Below, piece after piece: positions 12,908 to 31,652 of a stretch of DNA of 64,000 nt. Positions within the stretch are counted from its first letter, which is position 1. Every line of letters begins with the position of its first letter. The DNA lies in contig JAWQFM010000001.1 in assembly GCA_033442325.1 (NCBI GenBank), forward strand, positions 1,959,479 to 2,023,478. The letters are read 5' to 3'. A program made the position numbers and the translations under genes. Source of the stretch: Salpingoeca rosetta (Eukaryota; Protista; Choanoflagellata). The notes under the pieces are model-generated. The model saw nothing but the letters and a program-made list of their open reading frames with translations, did no database searches and had not been told where the DNA came from.

Positions 12908-14192
12908 GTGTGTGTGTGTGTGATGAGATCACGTCACGCCACAATTCCATCTCGTGTATGTGTGTGTCTGTCTGTGTGTCTGTGTGTGTGTGTCTGACTG
13001 GCTGGTTCAGGTGTGTGTGTGTGTGTACCAGTTGTGCGCGCCATGCAACGAGGCGGTCCACGAGCGCAGCAAGGCGCTTCTCGTCTTCCGCCATCACGCC
13101 CAGGGCGTGGATGTGGTGGTCAAACGTCTCGTCCACTCCATGGCGCAGCAGCTTGGCGACAGATACGCCCTTTGCCTGTCATGACACACCAAGTGACAGT
13201 GGCACGCCGATGGCGCACGCACGGACACGTGTTGTTCGTTAGCGTTGCCTGATTGCGTGAAAACTGCGCGTGCCAGCTGTGCATGGAGGCGTGCAAGCGC
13301 GCCGAGAACAAGCGGCTTGTGGTCATGAAGGTGGCTGCCCGGAGTGAGCAAGAGGGCATTGTTCAAACACACAGCAAAGGCCACTGATCAAGTGTGTCCT
13401 GCCAACCTCTGCATCGTCGAGGATGTTCAGCAGGCGCTGCTCTGCAGCCCGCTCAAACTCTGCGACGAGGGCGTTAAGGACGGGATCGCCGCTGCGTGTC
13501 GGCTGCGAAGGCTCCATATTGGCTGATGACCACGGCAAAAGAGGCGGTAGCAACGGGGTGGCGGTCAGGCCCATCAACGAAGCTGCACAAACGGGAAGGA
13601 AGGGCCCAACAAGCAAGGATGAGCAAACGCAAGTCAGTGGTTGGCTCGTTGGTTGGCGACACAGTGTTGCCTTCCATGACAAGAAGGACGACGATGCACG
13701 CGCGTGCGCAAGGAGGATGTAGCATGCACGAGCAAACAACAGTAGCCAAGCGTTTGGACACCCTGAACAGAGGGGCATGACAACAGGGGCAAAGTGCCCC
13801 TTTGGCTGTGGCATCCATCGTCGCACATACGCACGCATGCATGCATGCATGTCGGTGTTGGGCGTTCCGTGTGCACATACACGCACACGCACACACTCAC
13901 CGCGGCGGAGCCTACTGAAGCCCACGGACGCTGGTGTACCTTCACTGCCCTCTTGAGGAGTGGTGGCGTGATATTGATCTGAAGGTGGCCCGCGATCGTC
14001 TGTGTGCAGGGCGCAACGATGACGGAGTGAGCAGACAAGCAACCAAGATTGTGGCATGACGTTTGGCATCAAGCAAGCAACCACCACTGATGGGCAGTAC
14101 GCTCTCGCCATCTGCAACCTCAGTGTCAAGGACGTGTTCCTCTCAGGAGCACACACACGCACACACACGCAGCACGCACACGCACCTGACAT
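766..14192 (-). CDS. FRY: Protein Furry / FRY (Tao3/Mor2/Pag1 family NDR-kinase scaffold), multi-exon
   Basis: Spliced peptides follow animal FRY in order: [21 protein letters not shown]; [14 protein letters not shown]; [13 protein letters not shown]; [23 protein letters not shown]; [31 protein letters not shown] (11028-11120); [11 protein letters not shown]...[12 protein letters not shown] (10098-10859); giant exon 1634-9878 with [26 protein letters not shown] and [11 protein letters not shown]; then C-terminal exons 1385-1449 ([12 protein letters not shown]), 1126-1203 (GSFAV) and 766-876 (stop). The 5' exons 14186-14192 (ATGTCAG|GT), 13901-13999 and 13407-13582 are phase-compatible. An alternative start is the ATG at 13517. 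Confidence 0.93.
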
Positions 14193-14454
14193 CACGTTGT
14201 GGGGAGCAGGCACTCCCACTGGTTATGCGTGACAAACGTGCAGTGTTGCCGGGTGGGTGTGTGGGTGTGCGCTGCTCCAATCAGCAGCAAGTCACATCAG
14301 CAAGGAGAGCAGAAGCGGTTGTGTTGTTGTGTGCGTGGAATGAATTTTGCTGACACATCCACAACAACAGCAGCAACAGCAACGACAGCAACGGACGACA
14401 AGTCGTGCTGGTTGCTGAGCGAGCGTGTGCGTGGTGGCAAGGGTAGCAGTGGCA
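14193..14454. promoter_or_regulatory. Putative bidirectional promoter, FRY / TMEM41B (262 bp between start codons)
   Basis: Divergent ATGs at 14192 (-) and 14455 (+). Contains GTGACAAACGT at 14229-14239. Confidence 0.5.
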
Positions 14455-16308
<1,854 letters not shown>

Positions 16309-16327
16309 CTTCGTGCATGTTTGCGTA

Positions 16328-16370
<43 letters not shown>

Positions 16371-17319
16371 GCGTGCGTGTGTCTGTCTGTCTGTCTGTGG
16401 ATCTGTGGGTGGGGGGTGTGTACACGGGGTCTGTCTGTCTGTCTGTGTATCTGGTGTGTGTGTGTGTACGTGTGTCTGTCTGTCTGTCTGTGTATCTGTG
16501 TGTGTGCGTGTGCGTGTGCGTGTGCGTGCGTGTGTCTGTGTGCGTGTGCGTGTGCGTGTGTCTGTCTGTGTGTGTATATATGTGTATGTTTGTGTGTGTG
16601 TGTGTGCCTTTGCCCTTGGGCCTTTGCCTCTGTGTCTGTGTGCCTTATCTGTTTTCTACCCACTTGCCTGCCATTTCTCCCTCCCCCTACCTATTCCTCT
16701 GTTTCCCTCTCCATATTTCGTTCGTGCTCTCTAGCACGCGCCTTCCCTCGGCATCAAAGTAAACAACGCCGCACTGCACTTCGTCTGATGTGAGAGGTTT
16801 CAATACACCTGGTAATCATGTGAAAACAAACAAACACTGGACGAAACAAACAAAACAAACAAACAAACAAACAAAACAAAACAAACAAACAAACAAACCA
16901 AGTACGTGGTTGGATTGTGATTGTGACAGGATTGATAATGTGACACTGCAACAAAGTGCGCACAACAACACAATGTCAACAAACTGCACGACTGGGCGGT
17001 GGTCTTATACAGCAAACACATCAGCACGAAACACACGCCGCAAGCACTCAAACGTTTTAACAGAGACGCAGCAGCACCAGGCACGCTGCAGGCATTCACA
17101 ACGCGAGTAGCCAGCCAGCGGGGGCTGCACAGGAACCTACATATGGACGTATGCCAACGAAAAGTCATGGGAGAGAGCAGCAACTGTGGTCGATACACGC
17201 ATACACGCATGCACGCACTACGACGGGTCGGTGTGCTCGCTTGAGCTCGCACCTCATGCATGGTGTTTTTGTTTACATGCGCCATGAGTTGCGAGAGGGA
17301 GCGAATAGGGGGAGGGGGC

Positions 17320-17525
17320 CTAATTGACGACAATCGGCGGCTGCTGGTCTTCCTGCTGCTGCTGCTTGAAGAAGGAGCCAAGGCCGCTGTCGTCATCATC
17401 AGAACCCGCCGAGTCCATGATGAAACTCGTCAGCGCAAACAGCAGGAACACCACGCCGCCAATCAGCGTCACTGCGCAACAACAGCATGAACCGGGGGGT
17501 TGAACAGGAGGAGGGTGAGGCGGGG

Positions 17526-17623
<98 letters not shown>

Positions 17624-18257
17624 GATAGGAAATAATTTGATGTCGTCGCGCAAAATGTGGTGGTGGTGTTCGTGTCGCCGCGCTGCGGTAATTGCCCACA
17701 AATACGAGTGGCAACATGCGCGCACACACACACACATGCACACACACACATGCACACACACACATGCACACGCACACAAACATACAAAAACACACACGTA
17801 CACACGTACACACGCGTACACACGTACACACGCGTACACACGTACACACACGTACACACACGTACACATACGCACGCGCACGCATGGGCGCAGACCTGTG
17901 CGAACGGAGATGCGCTGGGCAAGAAGACGACCGCCAACTACGGCAATGAACGTGCAGAGGACGTGCCCGAGACTGGCACCAAGCGCAACACCAAGCGTGT
18001 TCTATGTTGTGTGTGTGTGTGTGTGCGTGTGTGTGCGCGCGCGTTTGCGTGTCATGGTTACAGGCGAAGACGCAGTACATGCAAGCAGAGTAACAAAGAG
18101 GTCAGGCATGAGATCATGAGATGGAGGTGCGCGCACACAACAGGGGGTGGAGGAAGGTGGCGGAGAAAAATGAATGCAAATCGAGACGACTCACAAGAGC
18201 GAAAAGTATCAATGCATTAACACAACGCCCTGCACAGGACACACACACGCACGCACG

Positions 18258-18324
<67 letters not shown>

Positions 18325-20031
18325 GCACGCACACACGCACGCACGCACACACACACACACACACGCACACACAGCTGACCTCGCGGGCACCGAGGATGAT
18401 GGTGGCAATTTGGGAGCGGTCGCCCCACTCGGCCAAGAACGTCAGCACAAACGCCTGCACAAACACAGGCGACACAATCTTCGACCATGGCTTGGGCTCT
18501 GGGGCCCCAGCAAAGAAGCATTGATGCGCATGCGTGGTTGCAGGACAGAAGGCATGAGGCGGCTATCGCCTGAGCAATGGACGAAACATGGTCGCGCAGT
18601 TGCGTTGCAACGCACAAGTACACACACACACACACACTCACACAAGCACGCACACAAGCACGCACACACACTCACACAAGCACGCACACACACACAAGCA
18701 CGCACACAAGCACGGACACACACTCACACGCACGCACACACACGCACACACACACACACTCTCTCTCTCTCTCACACACACACACACTCACGTTGCTCAG
18801 ATGCAGAGAGCTTATCTTCCTTCTCCTTGAGTTCCTGTGTCACTTCCTCCAACTCCTCCGCTGCCTCATCTGGCGCCATGCTGTAGCCCTCCTGCATGGC
18901 AGGAAAGCCCACGTGTCAGCCACGTTTGCATCATTGCAGACACAACCACAAGTGGGAGCAAGGCACACAGATGTGTGTGCGTGTGTGTCTGTGTGTGATA
19001 TTTGTGTGATGCTTGTGGCGCAGGCGCACACACCTTGAGGAGTCGCAGACCGAAAAACACAAACAGGAGCGTGGCGATCATGTTGGTGTAATGGCGGGGA
19101 ATGATCGTGGCAAGGGACCCAATGTACGCCGACAGGACCGTCATGATGATGAGTGCCACGGCGGCACCCGCCAGCACGATAAACCGTGGGTGCCTGCAAA
19201 CATTGCAATGGGGTGGGGAGAGGGGAGAGCAGTTGACAAGAGGAAGCCATGCCATAAAGTATCAACAGTGGATTTCTTTCATTAGAGTACGTGTGCCTGC
19301 CTGTGACACACACACACACACACATTGTAGACACTGACAAACAGTAGGAGGAAGTGGCACACTCTAACATACACGCAACCAAATGATACACATGTACACG
19401 CACACACACGCACGCACACATACACACACACGCACACATACACACGCCACATCCACATATCCATATCCACATATCCACATATTCCACATGCACATGTCAC
19501 GCACCTCATGGCCATGATGGCTGCGATGAAGAAGGTCTTGTCGCCAATCTCAGACACGATCATCATGGAGAGACCGCCGACAAAGGCGTGGGTAAACCGT
19601 GCCGCCTGCCGTGCACACGGGAAACAGCATGAGGTCAGGATGGCGAGCACACGTGTGAGAACGGTTTGTTCTCAGGCGCATTGGAGGGATGCAAGAAACC
19701 CACACTCAATCCCTCATCACTTCACCAACTTCACCAGCTTCACCAGCTTCACCAGGGGACCATCCACAGGCTCCCAATGCGCGCGTGTGCAATGGCAAGA
19801 CCACCTAACCAACCGCCTTGGAGTGTGGATCCCAGTGTGCAGCAGCTTGTGCTTCGCCGGCAGGCACGAAGCCTCCGTTGCCTCCGCCAACGTCCAAGTC
19901 CATCTTATCGTCGCACTCGTCAGCAGCTCGCTTCTTGCGCTTGCGCGTTTGGGACTGGTTGTCAGCTGCTGTTTGTGTATTTTTGGCTGTCGTGTGTCGC
20001 TCGTGGCGGTGGAACATGCGACGACTCACAC

Positions 20032-20072
<41 letters not shown>

Positions 20073-20414
20073 GCGTCCGCAGACCACACCCCCCGGCCAC
20101 AGCGGCCAGCGCAGCAATGACAGCAACAACGGCACTGCTGCCACCGCCGCTGCCACCGCCACCACCGACAACGATGAGGGACAGCCACGCAGCGCCCCAG
20201 TGACCTCACGAAGCCCCGGTGGCCCGGCCGCAACAGAGCCCCCTGCAACTGTCTAAGCGACAGTCGCAGCACTACACATGAGCCTCGCACCGAGGCACTT
20301 GGTTTCTATCTATCTATTGATTCACTTTTCTTTCTGTCTATGAGGCGCGTGCTCTCACACACATTCACCCATGCGCACCGCTGCCCTTTGTTTTGCCGCA
20401 ATTGCCTTCCCCAT
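17320..20414 (-). CDS. TMEM165: TMEM165/GDT1 (UPF0016) Golgi Ca2+/Mn2+-H+ antiporter; 5' end uncertain
   Basis: Both family motifs are present: [17 protein letters not shown] (~19505-19560) and [19 protein letters not shown] (~18380-18440). Also [23 protein letters not shown] and [13 protein letters not shown]. Candidate ATGs at 20414, 20372 or 20017 are not resolved. Confidence 0.92.
17528..17623. repeat. (TTG)n/(CAA)n trinucleotide microsatellite, ~32 units, in the last TMEM165 intron
   Basis: Perfect ttg run seen directly in the sequence. Confidence 0.95.
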
Positions 20415-20480
20415 CTCTGAGCGCTGGGAGCAGTGTAAGATTTCAGCGAGTTTTCCCCAATAAACCCCACACACACACAC

Positions 20481-20576
<96 letters not shown>

Positions 20577-21852
20577 CACACACACACAGAGTCTTGCTTG
20601 TTTGTGTGTGATGTATTGTCTGTGGACCTGTCAAGCAACGAACGCACGAGCAAACAACAAAAACAAACGTGCTGCAAGGCACCAAAAGAGGAGAGCCGGC
20701 AATGACAAACCATGAAGACAAAAGACGGAGATGGCGAAGGTACAACAAACGAAAAACAAATAGGCCGCACTCATCAACATATCATCGCACACGCCACAAC
20801 ACACACACACACACAACACGCCTGTTGGTTTAGCGGACTGTAACAAGAAAACAAAAACAGCGTCGGATGGATGGATGGATCACAAGAGCCAAAGAAGCAA
20901 GGGAAAACAAAGCAGGAAAGCAAAAGCAAGCAAGCATGGAAGGCGCAAAAGTCAGACAAAACCTAGTAGTAGGAACGAACAGCAAGCCAATCAATCATTT
21001 CACAACACAGAGTGCTGTGGTCATCATGTCACGGGGTTGCACAGCGAGCAAGGGACAGAGAGGGCGCGAAACAGAGAGAGGGCACGGAGGGGGGGGGGCA
21101 AAGGCGAGCGGGAAGAGACGAGGGGCAGGGGAGAGGGGAGAGAGCAGAAAAGGAGCAGAGGGCAGGGGAAAGGGCGGGAGGAGCGGGACAGGGAAACGCA
21201 GACAAGCAGGAGACACAGACAGACAAGGGGGAAGAATACAGAGCAGCGGCAAGCGGAAGCACAGACGGTGAACACGACAGCTGGACCGAGCGCAGTGTTC
21301 AAAGCACAAGCCTGGAGCGCGGTTCAAGCTAGGGAAAGAAGGATACTCCGCGGCCACGGCGCCAGCGACAAAAGAGATATCAGGGAAAAATACGGACATG
21401 TTTGCGCGCGCGTGCATGCCGAGCCCAGCGGTCGCACTTAGCACAACATGACGTGACGAGAAGTCAACCACGCCCAAACAAAACAAAAGGAGACATGACA
21501 AGCTTCACACTAAACATCCATCATTGGTTGCCTCGTCTTCCTCCCAAATTGATCAATCTGCCGCCGTCATTGTTGTCGCTGTCATCAGCGGAAAAAGACC
21601 ACTCGTTTCCACCAACCAACCGACCAACCAACCTGCCTGCTACACATACACCTCCTCGACACCGCCAACCTTCCCCCCCCCCCAACTTCTATCACCATCA
21701 CCAACAAACATTTGCCCTCATCCATCCGCCCACTCATCTAGTGATACAAGTACACGCCTCACACCACTTGCGCTGCGCTTCAAACACCCATGCTGCCAGC
21801 TGCCGTTGTCCACGAGCGTGCGCGATGACATGTGTCACCGCTTGTCTGCGTA

Positions 21853-23765
21853 TCATCTCTTGTTGCGGCGGCGGCCAAAGCATCCGCACGACGATGACGA
21901 TGTGTCCTGCTCCGCCACGCGGGTGGTCCGTGGCGCAGCGCTCCGCCCACCGCCGGCAGGGCCCCGGGCTTCCGGCACACGGGGAGCTGGCTGGCTCGGT
22001 TGCGCGCCCTGGTGATGTGTATGTGTGGGGGGGGGGTTGTGCGGCATGATGCAAGCAGTGTGCGCGTGAGATGAGATGCACGAGAGATGGTACTTTGTGC
22101 ATGGACTGACAAACACGAGGTACTTGTATTGTATGACAGCCGGCGCAACAAAACCACCACAGCGATGTATATTGGGGTTGAGTGTGTGTATGTGTATGTG
22201 TGTGTGTACGTGTGTGTATGTGTGTGTATGTGTGTGTGCAAGAGCAAGAGAAAGACGCACCGTTGTTCGTGACAACGATGTTGCTGCTGCCGATGGCGGC
22301 GTCTTTGTCCAGTCATAGATGCCGTCATCCTGCGCCAGTGCGTGAGACAAAAAGATGGTGAGACAACGCACCAGGAGACAACGCAGACAACAGTGGGGCC
22401 AGAGAATTGCATGGGCACACATACATACACACACGCACATCAACACACACACGCACGCATAAACACACACACGCACGTACATAAACACGCACACGCGCAC
22501 ATAAACACAAAAACATACAGAGACAACGATCATCGAGTGAGCGCAGTGATAGGCAAGTAGCCACAGCGATGGTGAGCGCACCTTGTAGCCCTCGCGCTTG
22601 AAGATGTCCCACCAGAGCTGCCTGAGGTAGGCGTAGTCTGGCTCCTGGTAGAAGTCCAGTTGGCGGCAGTAGCGCAGGTACGTGCCAACCTCGCCTGCAT
22701 AGCATGCACGCACAGAGAGAAGGAAAAAGAGCGGGGCACACGATTGTGTGCAGGGATGAGTGACAGAACCTCGTGTACATGCACATCACTCCACACAAAG
22801 CCACACGAAATACAGTGCATCACAGTGCGGTACGACAGCAACACAACACAATACAACAACACCACATCACAACAGTACCACATCACATCACGGCACTACG
22901 CACTTGGAAATCCCTTTGTGAGGACGTCAATGGGCGTTTGGATTTTGGTGTCGCCAATCATCTGATAGCGCTGCTTGAGCGTGTCTGCCTTGAGCCCTTG
23001 CCACGGTAAGCTGGGTGGTGGTCACGAATGTGGAAAACACAGGCATGAATGAGAAGGAAAAAAAGCTGCAAAGGCGTAGTAACTGCTGATGCAGCTGCTG
23101 GTGTGGGTGCTGGTGTGGGTGCTGGTGTGGGTGCTGGTGTGGGTGCTGGTGTGGGTGCTGGTGAACTCAACTTCAGCAAGGGAAGGGCCACCGGACACGG
23201 ACACGCACACACGCAACGAAAGCAACCACAATGAGAGGGGTTGTGTACCTTCCACGCAGAAAGTAGATGAGCATGTGTCCGCAGGCCTCCATGTCATCAC
23301 GTCTGCTTTGTTCTATGGTGGCAGAAGGATTGATAAAAGCAATTGTTCCATTCATGGCATAGCGAAAAGGGTTAGTTCAGACAAAGAAAGATTAGACCCA
23401 CGGGTAGCTCGATGAAAAGGCAGGGAAGCTTCGGCCCAACGCACACTCACACAAACACACACGTGCACATGCAGATGAGGTGAACAAAAACGTTGAGGGA
23501 GCAGATCCAACCAACAACAGCAACACACCACGGGACCACCAACAAGAGAACACATCCGCTTTGTCTCCTGCAGCACCTTTGCCGAGATGTGTGTTGATGC
23601 TCATGTAGCGTGCTGTCCCTGTGAGACTTTTTCTCTCCCTGTAAGGGATGTGTTTGTTTGTTTCTGGATCCACATACTCCTTCGACAAGCCAAAATCTGC
23701 AATGAACACACAGCACAGGATGGGGTGATCCGCGTGAGTCAGTGTGTGTTTGTGTGTTGTTGTTG

Positions 23766-23816
<51 letters not shown>

Positions 23817-24175
23817 TGTGTGTCTGTGTGTCTGTGTGTGTCTGTGCCTGTGTCTGTGTATGCACGATGCTGTGAATGCACGGGGCGGGCTCCTCGGGCT
23901 GCGTACCGATAATATGGATGGTGGAGTCGCCGTGTAACGAGCGGCGGCCAACAAGAAAGTTCTCGGGCTTGATGTCGCGATACACAATGTGCTTGCTGTG
24001 CACGTACTCCAGCCTTGTGATGAGCTGGATGGCCACCATGCACACTGTCTTGAGGGAGAACCTGCGGCCGCACATGTCAAACAAATCCTCCAGACAGGGG
24101 CCGAGAAGCTCCAGCACGAGACCGTTGTATTTGCCGCAGCTACCAAAGTAGTAACACTCCGGAATGCCCACTATG

Positions 24176-24256
<81 letters not shown>

Positions 24257-24307
24257 GGTGTGTGTGGGTGTGTGTGTGGGTGTGTGGGGGTGTGTGTGTG
24301 TGTGTGT

Positions 24308-24344
<37 letters not shown>

Positions 24345-24753
24345 TGTGGGGGTGTGTGAGTGGGTGGGTGGGTGACACAAAAGTGTTGTGATATGAGAGA
24401 ATGCAACATTTGTGCGAGCAGTGGGCCATCAAGACACGTACTGCACGGAAGTACATGAGCACATCACCACGCCACAAAACGCACATCCCGCCACAAAGCG
24501 CACCTTGTGAGCCGAGGAGCTGATAGAATCTGTACTCGAGGTAGAGCTGCGGTGCGCGGCTATTTGCGGGCTCAAGCTTGATGGCCACATCTTCGTTTGT
24601 GTACAGGTTCTTCCCCAGCCTCAACTCGCCAAAGTTGCCTGCGGAGATCTTCTTGCCAACGCGGAAGTTGGGCCCGAGCATGAGCACCTCGCTGTCCTTG
24701 TCCCTGGACGACGAGTACCCGCGCTCATCATACCTGCCCGTCCTCCGAGCCAT
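21853..24753 (-). CDS. CSNK1G: Casein kinase 1 gamma (gilgamesh-like), 8 exons
   Basis: Motifs: [40 protein letters not shown]; [10 protein letters not shown]; [10 protein letters not shown]; DFGLSKEY; [25 protein letters not shown]; [26 protein letters not shown]. The C-terminal [11 protein letters not shown] is typical of palmitoylated CK1 gamma. Exons: 24504-24753, 23907-24170, 23577-23696, 23249-23312, 22904-23010, 22582-22694, 22261-22329, 21853-22008. Confidence 0.96.
23096..23163. repeat. 12-bp minisatellite (GCTGGTGTGGGT) x5 in CK1 gamma intron 4
   Basis: Direct tandem copies visible. Confidence 0.9.
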
Positions 24754-25740
24754 TGTGTGTGTGTGTGTGTGTGTGCTTGGTTGTGATGGGTGCTGGTAGG
24801 TTTGAGCAGTACGGGACTGTGCGTCTGGATGGGCTGAGTCCACACCAATGACGAGGAGGATCACCGCTGCCACGAAAGGCCAATCGCGGCTTGAGGTGGT
24901 GTGCAGGCAGTGATGAGAGAGCTTGATGTGAGCAACGTTGGCTCAGGTGATCCCCGCTCTCCCTCTGGGACTGGCTACAGACGAAAGGGGGGGGGGTCCT
25001 TCCTTTCTTCACTTGCTTGCTGCTTCCTGTCAGAGCACACAGGCACACACGCGCGAGGGGAGCGCACAAGATGCACATGGATGAACAAGTCGAGAACACT
25101 CCAATGAGAAGCAAGCAAAGCACTGTCGCTGCTGCTGCTGCTGCTTTTTGTTGTTGCTGCTGGGGCAATGATTGCTTGTGATCTCGGCTGGGCTCGGCTG
25201 GGCTTAGTAGTATTCGCTCTTCCACACACACACACACACACACAACACTCGCGCATCAACGCACGCGCATCAACGCACGCCACACAGGCGCTAGCTAGCT
25301 CGCTCGCATGTGCAGCAGCAGCAGCAGCAGGCCACTTACTCTTGCCTCCAAGAACTGGGCTGGGCTTGAGATGGGCTGCGTTGCTTGCTGACTGTGTGTG
25401 GTGCGTAGCTGGAAGAAAAAGCAGGAGCTGCCTGCGTTGTTGGTTGGTGCTTGGTGCGAAACAAAAAAGGCAACGAGAGAGGTGGGCGGGGGCCAGCCAG
25501 CGGATGGTGCGGGTTTTATTTTTTAACATAAATTCTGCAGAAACATGAATGAAGATAAAACCAATTCTCCATAAAGTGAACCGTCTACAACACCACAAAC
25601 TGTAGACCGGACGAACCCCAGCAGCTGTGTGCACTGCTTTCAGCAGCCTTGATGGTGGCGAGGATGTCTCAGAGATTTGTGGCGTTGTTGTTGCTGTGCC
25701 AGCCGTTGGTTGCTTGGCGGTGCCCACTGCCTTGTTGTCA

Positions 25741-29217
<3,477 letters not shown>

Positions 29218-29348
29218 CTCGCTCACCTCGCTTCTTGTTGTTTTGTCACTGTCCTCCGGTCTGTTGCTGAAAAATGTCGATATCTCCCACAAATCGCCAA
29301 CAACCGCCCCAGACGAAAGCAGGAAGCAACGCGGAGAACCAACCAGCC
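29218..29348. promoter_or_regulatory. Putative bidirectional promoter, GALT / COX16 (131 bp)
   Basis: Divergent ATGs at 29217 (-) and 29349 (+). TTTGTCAC (GTGACAAA on the minus strand) at 29242-29249. Confidence 0.55.
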
Positions 29349-30361
<1,013 letters not shown>

Positions 30362-30654
30362 GCTGTGGCTTTCCCCTTGTTGCCCACGCACAGGCCTTGC
30401 ATCTTCAGCTTTGCTGACTCAGTACCCGTCCTCCTGCCCTTGTGTCAGCAGACAGCAGAGCGCGTTTGTTCGGCAATGTGACTATGTAGAGTCTAGTCAC
30501 GCACCACCGTGTTGCATGCCCTTTACCGACTGGCTTGGTTTTGGTTTTGATGTCGACAGTGTTCTCTTCTTGCCATCCCCTAACACACCAGGCCATGGCC
30601 CGTATAATTGAATCCCCCCACACATACACACGCACAAACACACAACCACACAAC

Positions 30655-30709
<55 letters not shown>

Positions 30710-31002
30710 GCACACACACACACACAAGCACACACACACACATACACAAGCACACACACCTCCATCCCCTCCCCTCCCCTCCCCCAATCTCCCGATCTCT
30801 CCTCCACCTTTTCGCCCTGTGATATGACGTATTTCAACTCCCGCGCTTGAGCGCTCAACCCAATTCAAGGTGTAATCAATCGTCACAACACACATACTCG
30901 CATAGCACATCAGGCAGTGTTCTCGACCCAAACCCCAAGCACGAATGACCAGTGCGAGGGAAGGAGTGAGACCCAGCACCACAAACACCCTGACACATGA
31001 TC

Positions 31003-31076
31003 CTATGCTGATGCTGATGCTGTGACCGGGCCCGCCTGAGGCTTGCTCCTGTCCTTCTTCGCACCAGTTTCAGACC

Positions 31077-31146
<70 letters not shown>

Positions 31147-31619
31147 GATGTCGAGGTGGTTTGGCGAGAAGGAGGCATATGCGGACTTGTGCACACACAA
31201 TGGACGCGGCTTGCCCGAGAGATAGAGCTTGTTCCGTGTCTCCGCAAGCGAGGAGTCATTCAACTGCCGCTTGTAACACGCAAACACAAACCCGGTCATG
31301 AAGGCGTCATAGCCTGCACGGTGGCCCTGGCTGCTGGCCAGCGCACGCGAGTCTCTCCCTCCGCTCTGGCCGCCGCCACCTGTTGCATTCGCCGCCTTCC
31401 TGATACTGCTGGGAGTGCCGGAATTGCCGGGAGTGGTGCTGGTGAGGCTCTGCACATGGCTTCGCTTTGCCTTTGCAGAGGTGGTCTCTTGCTCGCTGCC
31501 TGGCTGACCATCAACCTGGGCCTTGCTGTTCGCATGATAGACGCCTCGTTCCTCCCCTTTCCTGGGCGTGTGCATCACCTCTTCGGCGCCACCGCTTGTC
31601 CCATCACCACCACCATCAC

Positions 31620-31652
<33 letters not shown>

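Noticed and set aside
21270-21400. Possible snRNA/tRNA-like or U12-type signals (GGTTCAAG, GTATCCTT on -)
   Set aside because: No cloverleaf, no snRNA core motifs and no associated intron. Most likely CK1 gamma 3' UTR or intergenic sequence.
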